Origin: Bdellovibrionales bacterium
GTDB taxonomy: Bacteria > Bdellovibrionota > UBA1018 > CAIMNF01
Assembly: GCA_040380025.1 (NCBI GenBank)
Contig: JBEIJY010000002.1
Coordinates: 104,239-168,238 of the forward strand
Direction: 5' to 3'
DNA: 64,000 nt
The notes under the pieces: model-generated
Told to the model about the DNA's origin: nothing
What the model saw: only the letters and a program-made list of their open reading frames with translations
Databases searched by the model: none
In this document: positions 7,816 through 16,022 of the stretch, piece after piece
Numbering within the stretch: position 1 is the stretch's first letter
How the letters are laid out: every line of letters begins with the position of its first letter
Position numbers and translations under genes: made by a program

Positions 7816-10188
7816 TTACCAATAGGGCACCGTCCGGTAGAACACCGAGGTGTCGAATCTTTGGGATGCCCCGAAGCCCCATTCCGAGGCCCGCTGGCTG
7901 AATCCCATGGTCATGAACAGCGTCTCATCGGCGAGGAGCTTCGCGCTCAGTTTCCGTTCGAGCGGGTCAGGGGAGTTCGGATCGAGAGTGATCGAATTCA
8001 AACCCTCTTTGAACTTCAGATGCCGGTTGTAGACGATCACCTCGATCGCATCTTTTTTGTGTCGTCTCGACATCGGCTGAATCCGAAAGTACAAAAACTC
8101 CGGCGTTTTGCTCAAATTGAAGTGAATCACGGTTCTTCCAAGCGCATCACGCGAAGAATAGAACGACCGCACGAGGGCCTCGGGGTCTTGCGCGGTCCGT
8201 TCGGTCTCGGTTCCCATTCCCATCGATTGCGACGAGATCCGGAGCGTGTTTTCCATCGCGGTCGGCGTGTGCCCGCGCACCTGGATGTTCCCGAAGGCCG
8301 GATTCTGCGCCACCAAGAACCGTTCATAGGTGCCGTTCGGGAGTCCCTCCATCAGCAGAATCGGATACAACTCCGAACGCCCCTGATTGGCAAAAAGACG
8401 CGTGAGTGCCGCATGTTCGGCCTGTGCATCCCCGCGAAGAAAAGCTTCGCGCGCCTCCTCGAACCAGCGTTGCTTGAGTCTCAGGCCGAGTCCCTTTGCA
8501 CGGCGGTCGATTTCTTCCCACGGGGTCTCGAGGAAGCGCCGGAGGCCCGAGAGCTTGAAGGTCATTCCGAAGTAAAACGAGCTTCTTCCGTAAAACAGTC
8601 GTCTTCCCAGTTTTTTTCCCGGAGCGGGCGGCGCCCGGCGGGGAAATCGCGGAAAAATCCCTTTCAGTCCCAAATCGGTTTCGACCCGTCCCACGTACCG
8701 GTTCAGCGAGGCGGCCATGGTGTAAGAGTCATCGATGGAGTTCTCGGACATCAGCACGAACGAGTCCTCGAGCTTCTCGCGGAACGCCTGATCATCGATC
8801 AGAATCGAGGTGCGATGGGTGACGCGTTCCCCGCTTCCGACAAAATCGTATTCCCGCGAGCGGGACTTCACGGACTGAAAAAATCGCTTCTCTCCGTCCG
8901 GGAGTTCGATCTCGGTCGTGATTTTTTGCGAGCCCCGCGCGACACTGAACCGGATCACCGGGCTTGCACGCCCGCTGAATTCGGCGTTGTGGAGGTGCCG
9001 GTCGGTTTTTCGGCGGTACAACCGCTCGACCGGAGGTCGCCCTTCTTCGGGTATCATCGCAGAGAGCTCGCTTGACCGGATGAACGAGCCCAGCACCGCA
9101 CGATGATACGCATCCCTTCCCTCGGGCGACTCGAGATCGTAGCGGTATCCGACATCGAGGCCGATCTCGCGCGCATTGGTCGCCGTGAACTGAAACGGCG
9201 TGATGGTGGGGCTCAGGCGTCCCACGGTGGTTTCGATGCTCGAACCTTTGAACAGAACAAATCCTTGAAATACCCCCGGAAAGCCAAGTCTTGTTCCCGC
9301 CGTGACCTTGAGCTGATCGCCCTTCAGGCGGCTGATCCGGACTTTCGCGTAGCGATCGTCTTCTTTCATGATCGCGATCTGGTAACTGCCCGTAAAATGG
9401 AACTCCACGCCGACTCCCGCGTAGCCCTCGATCAGGGGTACGGGCGACACATTCCAGCCGAAATCCCCCCCGAAGCCCGCGGTGCCCGAGACGGTGTAGC
9501 TGATGATCTCGTTCTTCTTCATGCGCTTCTTCACGCAGTTCGCATGAAAGGGGATTTTGAAGGGGAGCTTTACGAGATTCAACACATCCCGGAGCTTTAC
9601 CCGCATCGCCGCATCGAGCGGACTGGAGTTCAGGTACGGGTTCAGGTCTTCGATGTCGGCCTCGTCGCCCGGGCCCGCGTTCTCGAAATCGAGGGCCTCC
9701 TTGGTGCGGGCTTTTTCGGGGCTCATCTGCCGGATGTTCCGGATCTCGAATGAGCCATCGACCCCGAGGCGCATTCCGCCCACGGGGAACTGCAGAACCT
9801 GATCGGGAATCCGCTCGGGGGGGCCCACGGTCAGGTCCGCGCCGACGATGCGCGAAGCGAGGCGGATCGAGAACGAGTCGATCACCGTCCAGGTGTTCAG
9901 GGTGTCGTAGTTGTTGAAGATGTTGCGTCCGATGCGGACCGCGCCCGAGCCGATTCCGGGAATGTCGCTGTCATACAGGGGAATCGAGGTGTTTCCGTCG
10001 AAGAGGGCGTTCACGATCCGGTATTCGAGGGCTTCGCCCCGGGTCATCGAGGATTGGTAGAACTCCTCGGGCCAGGGTCTTGGCTGGAAGTCGAAGCCCG
10101 GCGGAGGAGGGCGCGGCACTTCGATTTGTGCGAGCGCGATCCCCGGCATGGCCAGCAATGCCGCAAAGAAAATGCGAAGCAAATTCAC
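7816..10188 (-). CDS. Large hypothetical secreted protein (790 aa)
   Basis: GTG start with GGGAGG SD; signal peptide ALA-Q; beta-strand-rich middle; no family recognised. Confidence 0.75.
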   Translation of the reverse strand: MNLLRIFFAALLAMPGIALAQIEVPRPPPPGFDFQPRPWPEEFYQSSMTRGEALEYRIVNALFDGNTSIPLYDSDIPGIGSGAVRIGRNIFNNYDTLNTWTVIDSFSIRLASRIVGADLTVGPPERIPDQVLQFPVGGMRLGVDGSFEIRNIRQMSPEKARTKEALDFENAGPGDEADIEDLNPYLNSSPLDAAMRVKLRDVLNLVKLPFKIPFHANCVKKRMKKNEIISYTVSGTAGFGGDFGWNVSPVPLIEGYAGVGVEFHFTGSYQIAIMKEDDRYAKVRISRLKGDQLKVTAGTRLGFPGVFQGFVLFKGSSIETTVGRLSPTITPFQFTATNAREIGLDVGYRYDLESPEGRDAYHRAVLGSFIRSSELSAMIPEEGRPPVERLYRRKTDRHLHNAEFSGRASPVIRFSVARGSQKITTEIELPDGEKRFFQSVKSRSREYDFVGSGERVTHRTSILIDDQAFREKLEDSFVLMSENSIDDSYTMAASLNRYVGRVETDLGLKGIFPRFPRRAPPAPGKKLGRRLFYGRSSFYFGMTFKLSGLRRFLETPWEEIDRRAKGLGLRLKQRWFEEAREAFLRGDAQAEHAALTRLFANQGRSELYPILLMEGLPNGTYERFLVAQNPAFGNIQVRGHTPTAMENTLRISSQSMGMGTETERTAQDPEALVRSFYSSRDALGRTVIHFNLSKTPEFLYFRIQPMSRRHKKDAIEVIVYNRHLKFKEGLNSITLDPNSPDPLERKLSAKLLADETLFMTMGFSQRASEWGFGASQRFDTSVFYRTVPYW

Positions 10189-10254
10189 CCTCCCGAATGA
10201 ACGATCCCGACAGCACCGTAAACCGGATTGATGTACCGAGTCGAGGGATTTTCA

Positions 10255-10451
10255 AAACTGCTCCATTTGATTGCGCCTCATTTGGAATTTGGGTTGAGAA
10301 TGCACCCGAACAGAAAAACGATTTTGCCTCCGAGCCGGGTCCTCCGGCCTCGCTTTCGCCATCCTGGCTCGCGAGAGTCGGCAAACTCCTTTTTCTGCCC
10401 GGGTACATTCTCAACCCAAGTTCCGATGGGCACAATCAAATGGGGCAGTTT
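10255..10451 (-). repeat. Full-length ~197-bp fold-back element, copy 2 (opposite orientation to copy 1)
   Basis: ~72-bp imperfect inverted arms around core GCCTCCGAGCCGGGTCCTCCGGCCTCGCTTTCGCCATCCTGGCTCGCGAGAGTCGGC. Confidence 0.9.
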
Positions 10452-10467
10452 GTGGTATACGGCCTCG

Positions 10468-11424
10468 ATGGAATTTCAAATCCTGATGACCAATCTCACG
10501 AATCCGACTCTTTTGTTTTTTGTTCTCGGTGCCTTTGCGGCACTCGTAAAGAGCGATCTCGAGATCCCTCCCCACACGATCAAGTTCATCTCGCTCTATT
10601 TGTTGTTCTCGATCGGATTCCGAGGCGGGCAGGAGCTCGCGCACAGCGGCTTCACCACCGAGGTCCTGCTGGCCCTCGGCTTTGGCGTCGTGCTGGCGAC
10701 CGTGATTCCGATTTTCTTGTTTTTTGCGCTCAAAAGACGATTCTCGGTGGCCGATGCCGGCGCCATTGCCGCCACCTACGGATCGGTGAGCGCCGTGACC
10801 TTCGTGGCCGCGAACTCGTTTTTGGAGTTTCAGGGTCTCCATGCCGGGGGGCACATGGTGGCAGTCATGGCCGCGATGGAGGCTCCCGCGATCATCGTCG
10901 GGGTTTCGCTGATCAGCTGGTACGACCGGAGTACGCCGGTGTCGTTCAAGACGGTGCTTCATCACTCGCTCACGAACGGGAGCATCCTGATGGTGGTGGG
11001 GAGCCTCGTGATCGGTCTGATTGCCGATGCCAAGCAGGCCGAGGGGATCCGGCCGTTCGCTTCAGATATCTTCAAGGGGTTTCTTGCGATCTTTCTGCTC
11101 GAGATGGGCATGGTCACCGTGAACCGGATCCGGACCTTTCTGCGCTATGGACCAGTGGCCTCGATCATCTCGACCGTGGTGCCGCTCTTGAACGGGGGCG
11201 TGGTCGCGTACGTGAGCCAATGGGTCACGGCCGATCCGGCGAACCGGTTTATGTTCTCGATTCTCGCCGCGAGCGGGTCTTACATTGCGGTTCCGGCCAC
11301 CCTCCGGCTCGCGGTCCCGAAGGCCGATCCAGGCCTGTACATTCCGATGGCGCTCGGAATCACCTTCCCGGTGAACCTTACGATCGGAATGCCGTTTTAT
11401 TTTTGGATCGTGCACCGTCTCTAG
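10468..11424 (+). CDS. sbtA: Sodium-dependent bicarbonate transporter (SbtA family)
   Basis: KSDLEIP, YLLFSIGFRGG, AATYGSVSAVTF, AASGSYIAVPA, ALGITFPVNL motifs. Confidence 0.88.
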   Translation: MEFQILMTNLTNPTLLFFVLGAFAALVKSDLEIPPHTIKFISLYLLFSIGFRGGQELAHSGFTTEVLLALGFGVVLATVIPIFLFFALKRRFSVADAGAIAATYGSVSAVTFVAANSFLEFQGLHAGGHMVAVMAAMEAPAIIVGVSLISWYDRSTPVSFKTVLHHSLTNGSILMVVGSLVIGLIADAKQAEGIRPFASDIFKGFLAIFLLEMGMVTVNRIRTFLRYGPVASIISTVVPLLNGGVVAYVSQWVTADPANRFMFSILAASGSYIAVPATLRLAVPKADPGLYIPMALGITFPVNLTIGMPFYFWIVHRL

Positions 11425-11481
11425 GTTTAAAGGCCGATAAATTCGATCTGATAATCAAAGTTGATTCACGAATAAAAAAAC

Positions 11482-11508
11482 TAAAGGTTTCTGAACTCAT
11501 GCCGAAAG
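11482..11508 (+). promoter_or_regulatory. Putative sigma28 (FliA) promoter
   Basis: TAAAGGTT-N11-GCCGAAAG versus consensus TAAAGTTT-N11-GCCGATAA. Confidence 0.6.
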
Positions 11509-11512
11509 GAAG

Positions 11513-11653
11513 GTGTCTGAGCTGGAGGTGCTTTGGTGGGTACTCAAAGGCTCGGGCACTTGACTGGGGGCCGTTCCACTTTTTGAAACGAAGGAACCAA
11601 GACTGAGGTGGTTCCGACGGGTACAGCGAGGTGGTGACGGCTCCTTTTTTTTT
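11513..11653 (+). ncRNA. Candidate structured small RNA or leader
   Basis: Two multi-stem domains (11513-23/11549-59; 11566-75/11636-45 enclosing 11593-99/11609-15) followed by T9; immediately downstream of the sigma28-like promoter. Confidence 0.4.
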
Positions 11654-11669
11654 CGCTAGTCTCAGATCC

Positions 11670-12107
11670 ATGTCCATTCGAGTCAGCCTGAACCACATCG
11701 GGATCGCCACCGAGCGGGGGAATACCCGTCTCGAAACCCTGTTTCGTCTTTTGAATATCCGTCACGCCGAAAGCGAAGTCGTCGAAGAGCAGGGGGTGAA
11801 TGTGCACTTTTTCGAGCTTCAGGGGGAGCCGCCTCACTTGGAGCTTCTTGAGGTCATGGATCCCGAGGGGGCGGTGGCCAAGTTCATCGCCAAGCGCGGG
11901 CCGGGGGTGCATCATCTTTCGTTCCAGGTCGAGTCGGGAGGCCTGGACCCCCTGTGCGAGACCTTAAAAAAAGAGGGATTCCGCTTCATTTACGATTCTC
12001 CGCAGCGCGGAGCCCGGAACATGCGAATCCATTTCATTCATCCTGCCACTGCGGGCGGGGTGCTCGTCGAACTCATGGAGGCGGCCCATGCCCATCCGGC
12101 TCAGTGA
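11670..12107 (+). CDS. mce: Methylmalonyl-CoA epimerase (VOC family)
   Basis: LNHIGIA, ELLE, KRGPGVHHLSF, FIHPATAGGVLVEL motifs. Confidence 0.85.
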   Translation: MSIRVSLNHIGIATERGNTRLETLFRLLNIRHAESEVVEEQGVNVHFFELQGEPPHLELLEVMDPEGAVAKFIAKRGPGVHHLSFQVESGGLDPLCETLKKEGFRFIYDSPQRGARNMRIHFIHPATAGGVLVELMEAAHAHPAQ

Positions 12108-12801
12108 GACACTAAAGCGTCTTTTGATCGTTTATGTCGTCGTATTCGTGATCCAGCAAACGATCGATCAGTTTTTCGGCGGCCATCTGAAGGCCTATCT
12201 CGCGCTGATTCCGAACGCGGTTCTGGGCGGGTATGTCTGGCAGATCCTGACCTACGGTTTTCTTCATGCCGATGTCATGCACCTTCTTTTGAACCTGCTG
12301 GTGCTCGCGTTCGTCGGATCCGACATCGAGTCGGTCTGGGGGCGGAGGAAGTTCCTGATTTACTACTTCTTTTGTGTTCTTTCGGCCGGATTGTTTTATC
12401 TGATCGTGCAGTTCCTGATCTCGAACCCCTTGTACCTGTCGCTTCCCATGTTGGGAGCCTCGGGGGGGATTTATGGCCTTCTGTACGCCTATGGAGTGCT
12501 TTTTCCCGACCGCGAGATGCTTCTCATGATGCTGTTCCCGATCCGGGCGCGGCAGTTTGTCTGGGTTCTGGCGGGGATCGAGTTTTTGCAGGCGATCTAC
12601 TCCGGACAGGGCGGACTGGGTGCGATCGCCCATCTTTCGGGCATGGGGGCCGGATTTTTGTACCTGTATTTTGAGGCGCGGGGGCTCCGGCTTCCACGGG
12701 GTTCGTCGAATCCGTCCGGCCCTGCGAAAAAGAAGAACAGTCATCTCCGGCTCGTGAAAGACGAAGACGACCAGACCAAAGGCCCGAAGACCTGGCACTG
12801 A
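12088..12801 (+). CDS. Rhomboid family intramembrane serine protease
   Basis: WQILTYGFLH, HLLLN, GASG, AHLSG motifs. Confidence 0.9.
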   Translation: MPIRLSETLKRLLIVYVVVFVIQQTIDQFFGGHLKAYLALIPNAVLGGYVWQILTYGFLHADVMHLLLNLLVLAFVGSDIESVWGRRKFLIYYFFCVLSAGLFYLIVQFLISNPLYLSLPMLGASGGIYGLLYAYGVLFPDREMLLMMLFPIRARQFVWVLAGIEFLQAIYSGQGGLGAIAHLSGMGAGFLYLYFEARGLRLPRGSSNPSGPAKKKNSHLRLVKDEDDQTKGPKTWH

Positions 12802-12842
12802 TCGGTTTTGATCGGTACGGATCGGGGGCCGTCCCCCTTGCG

Positions 12843-12871
12843 TTGACTTATCTGCGGATTTCCTTTATGTT
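12843..12871 (+). promoter_or_regulatory. Putative sigma70 promoter
   Basis: TTGACT-N17-TATGTT ending 8 nt before ATG 12880. Confidence 0.55.
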
Positions 12872-12879
12872 TTGACGCT

Positions 12880-13059
12880 ATGTCATTACTTCACGAAGCC
12901 ATTTCTGATAAAAAATTCGACGTCCGTGTGCTCGAAAAAAACCTGGTCCGCAATGTCGTCACCGACAAAGACGTGAAGTCGTTCGTGGAGCGTCTTCCGG
13001 ATGATGCCGAGAACGCGACTTTCATCAGCCTCGACGAGATCGCCGAGCAAAAAAAATAA
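12880..13059 (+). CDS. Small hypothetical protein (59 aa, absent from the ORF track)
   Basis: MSLLHEAISDKKFDVRVLEKNLVRNVVTDKDVKSFVERLPDDAENATFISLDEIAEQKK; host-like codon usage; fills the gap before trxB; own promoter. Confidence 0.7.
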   Translation: MSLLHEAISDKKFDVRVLEKNLVRNVVTDKDVKSFVERLPDDAENATFISLDEIAEQKK

Positions 13060-13083
13060 TTCCTCGATTCAGAGGGGGTCATC

Positions 13084-14061
13084 ATGAGTCACGCCGCAAT
13101 CACGCCGGCCCAGCCTCCGGCAGACGGAATTGAGAACGTTGTCATTTTGGGCACAGGCCCCGCAGGGTTGACCGCGGCCATCTACGCGGCTCGCGCGAAT
13201 CTCGCCCCTCTTTGTGTCGAGGGCACTCAGCCCGGCGGACAGCTCACCATCACCACCGATGTCGAGAACTTCCCCGGATTCCCGAACGGTGTCATGGGAC
13301 CCGAACTCATGCAGGGCTTTCGTTCCCAAGCAGAGCGTTTCGGCACCCGCTTCAAAACGGGCGATGTCCAGGCGGTGGATCTAAAGCAACGGCCTTACTC
13401 CCTGAGTCTCGCTGATGGCTCAATCGTGAAGACCCGGACCTTGATCATCTCGACTGGTGCATCGGCGAAGTTGCTCGGACTGAAGAACGAATCCCGCCTC
13501 ATGGGGCGCGGAGTTTCGGCATGCGCCACGTGCGACGGATTCTTTTTTCGCAACCAGGACATCGCGATCGTGGGCGGTGGCGATACGGCCATGGAAGAGG
13601 CGAATTTCCTGACCCGGTTTGCAAAGTCCGTGACGCTCATCCATCGGCGCGATACCTTTCGCGCCTCGAAGGTCATGCAGGACCGCACCCGCCGGAATCC
13701 GAAAATCCGCTTTATTCTCGACACCGCGGTCGAAGACGTCCTGGGCGAGAATGAGGTGACCGGACTGAAGCTGCGGAATCTGAAGACGGGCGAAGCGAGC
13801 GAGCTTCCCGTGACCGGATTCTTCGTGGCCATCGGGCACCAACCGAACACCAAGCTCTTCCAGGACCAGCTCGAGATGAACGATGCCGGATATCTCGTGA
13901 TTCAGGCCGGAACGACGAAGACGCGCATTCCCGGCGTTTTTGCTGCGGGCGACGTGGCCGACCCTGTGTATCGGCAGGCGGTCACCGCGGCAGGTACGGG
14001 TTGCATGGCCGCGATCGATGCCGAACGGTATCTCGAGAGCGAACACTCGGGCTCCCACTAG
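13084..14061 (+). CDS. trxB: Thioredoxin-disulfide reductase
   Basis: GTGPAG, GGQLTITTDVENFPGF, CATC, GGGDTA, YRQAVTAAGTG motifs. Confidence 0.96.
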   Translation: MSHAAITPAQPPADGIENVVILGTGPAGLTAAIYAARANLAPLCVEGTQPGGQLTITTDVENFPGFPNGVMGPELMQGFRSQAERFGTRFKTGDVQAVDLKQRPYSLSLADGSIVKTRTLIISTGASAKLLGLKNESRLMGRGVSACATCDGFFFRNQDIAIVGGGDTAMEEANFLTRFAKSVTLIHRRDTFRASKVMQDRTRRNPKIRFILDTAVEDVLGENEVTGLKLRNLKTGEASELPVTGFFVAIGHQPNTKLFQDQLEMNDAGYLVIQAGTTKTRIPGVFAAGDVADPVYRQAVTAAGTGCMAAIDAERYLESEHSGSH

Positions 14062-14085
14062 GCGGGATTCTCTCAAGGAGGGGCA

Positions 14086-15333
14086 GTGAGCTCAACGCGT
14101 CTCAAGCTGTCGCTCGAAATCGCACTCCGCTTCCTCGTTTCGAAAAGTCGCGGGAATTTTCTCTCTTTCATTTCTTTGGTTTCGATCTCAGGCGTCTGCA
14201 TCGGCGTTCTGGCCCTTCTCGTGGTGACCAGTGTGGTGAACGGCTTTGAGAACGAGCTCACGCGCGTGATCTCCGGCACGCAAGGCGATGTGCTTTTTTA
14301 CACCCGTGGCGCTCCGATCCGGGACCGGAAGGATCTCGAGCGCAAGATCCGCGAGCTTTCCCCGCAAGCGGGTTCCATCACCGGCTCGTTCGTGAGCGAG
14401 GTGATGTTCCACGGTCCCGAAGGCGTTGCCGGCGGGGTTCTTGAGGGAGTGGATCTTCCGACCTGGCCCTCGGTCATCGAAATCAAAAGCAGGATCCAAG
14501 GCGAGGGCGCATTGCCCGAAAAGGACGAAGAGATTCTTCTCGGCTCCGCCCTGGCCGAGCGCCTGGGCGTGAAAATCGGGGATTCGATCCGCGTGATTCT
14601 TCCGTTTTCGAGCATGGACGAGGACGAGAGCGGAGCGGGAACCCCGAAGGTCCAGGATTTCAGGCTGGTCGGGATCGTGCACCTCGGAATGTATGATTAC
14701 GATTCGAAGTATGCGTACGCGCCTCTTCCCTCGGTTCAGCGGTTGGTCTACGGCGAGGATCGCGATTTCATCACGACCTTCCGAATGAGGCTCGAGGAAC
14801 CCTCGATGGCGGCGTCCGTGGCGCAAGGGCTTTCCGGGCATTTCGGTTACCCGTACCGGGTGCGCGACTGGAGCCAGCTGAATCGCAATCTTCTTTATGC
14901 GATCCGGCTCGAAAAGGCCGTGATCGCCGTTCTGCTCACGGCGATCATGGTGGTGGCGGCCTTCAATGTGATCAGTGCGCTCCTGATGATGGTCCACGAA
15001 AAAGAAAAAGAGATCGCAATTCTCCGGGTGCTCGGAGTCCGCATGCGGGATCAGTTCTATCTGTTTTCGCTGATCGGTTCTTTTTTGGGCCTTGCGGGGA
15101 CGGTTTTGGGAACCGTGCTCGGGCTGATCGCGACCTGGGTTCTGCGAAGCTCGCAGTTCATCCGGCTGCCGGCCGAGGTGTATCACCTCGAATACCTCCC
15201 GGTGATCATCCGCTGGACGGAGTGGTGCGCGATCGGCGTGCTCGCGTTCTTGATTTGTTTTTTGGCAACCGTGGGACCTGCTGCGCGGATCGCGCGCAGG
15301 AGCCCTGTCGAGGGACTGAGATGGACAACGTGA
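14086..15333 (+). CDS. lolE: Lipoprotein-releasing ABC transporter permease (LolC/E family)
   Basis: GVLALLVVTSVVNGF, VAAFNVISALLMMVHEKEKEIAILR; precedes lolD and bamA. Confidence 0.87.
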   Translation: MSSTRLKLSLEIALRFLVSKSRGNFLSFISLVSISGVCIGVLALLVVTSVVNGFENELTRVISGTQGDVLFYTRGAPIRDRKDLERKIRELSPQAGSITGSFVSEVMFHGPEGVAGGVLEGVDLPTWPSVIEIKSRIQGEGALPEKDEEILLGSALAERLGVKIGDSIRVILPFSSMDEDESGAGTPKVQDFRLVGIVHLGMYDYDSKYAYAPLPSVQRLVYGEDRDFITTFRMRLEEPSMAASVAQGLSGHFGYPYRVRDWSQLNRNLLYAIRLEKAVIAVLLTAIMVVAAFNVISALLMMVHEKEKEIAILRVLGVRMRDQFYLFSLIGSFLGLAGTVLGTVLGLIATWVLRSSQFIRLPAEVYHLEYLPVIIRWTEWCAIGVLAFLICFLATVGPAARIARRSPVEGLRWTT

Positions 15334-16007
15334 TTCTAAGGGCCCGCGGCCTCTATCGGGAGTTCAAGAAAGAAAAAGAGCGCATTCCGGTGGTGAAGGG
15401 CGTCTCGCTCGATCTCGCCGCCGGAGACTGCGTTGCCATCATGGGCTCCTCGGGAGCGGGCAAGTCCACGCTCCTGCACATGCTGGGAACCCTTGACCGT
15501 CCGACGAGCGGGGAGCTTGCGTTCGCTCCTTTGTTTTCGGATGTGTGGAAGCTGTCCGATGAGGCGCTCTCGGATTTCCGGAACCGGAACATCGGGTTTG
15601 TGTTTCAGTTCCATTATCTTCTGCCCGAGTTCACGGCGCTCGAGAATGTCATGATGCCCGCCTTGATTTCGGGAATGGCCCGTCCCGAGGCCGAGACGAG
15701 GGCCCGGGGGCTTTTGGAGTTCGTGGGGCTCGGAAGCCGGCTCGAGCACAAGCCGGGCGAGCTCTCGGGCGGGGAACAGCAGCGGGTGGCGATCGCGCGA
15801 GCGGTGATTTTGAAGCCCAGAATCCTCCTGGGCGATGAGATGACCGGGAATCTCGACTCCGAGAACAGCAAGAAGGTCATCGATCTGCTGCTCGACCTGA
15901 ACCGGCAGTTCGGGATCGCGATTCTGATCGTGACCCACGATCCCGAGGTCGCGGCCCGGATGAAGCGGGTGATCACGATGAAAGATGGAAAAATCACCAG
16001 TTCGTGA
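15321..16007 (+). CDS. lolD: Lipoprotein-releasing ABC transporter ATP-binding protein
   Basis: GSSGAGKST, IGFVFQFHYLLPEFTALENV, LSGGEQQR motifs. Confidence 0.92.
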   Translation: MDNVILRARGLYREFKKEKERIPVVKGVSLDLAAGDCVAIMGSSGAGKSTLLHMLGTLDRPTSGELAFAPLFSDVWKLSDEALSDFRNRNIGFVFQFHYLLPEFTALENVMMPALISGMARPEAETRARGLLEFVGLGSRLEHKPGELSGGEQQRVAIARAVILKPRILLGDEMTGNLDSENSKKVIDLLLDLNRQFGIAILIVTHDPEVAARMKRVITMKDGKITSS

Positions 16008-16022
16008 TACGAAGTAGGTCCC

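Noticed and set aside
11545..11565. c-di-GMP-II riboswitch suggested by GGGCACTT
   Set aside because: The downstream pseudoknot partner (GTGCAA-like) and other consensus elements are missing
10080..11606. 508-aa ORF and N-terminal extensions of sbtA, 6960 and 5104 ORFs
   Set aside because: They run through the palindromic repeats or alternative frames; homology begins at downstream starts
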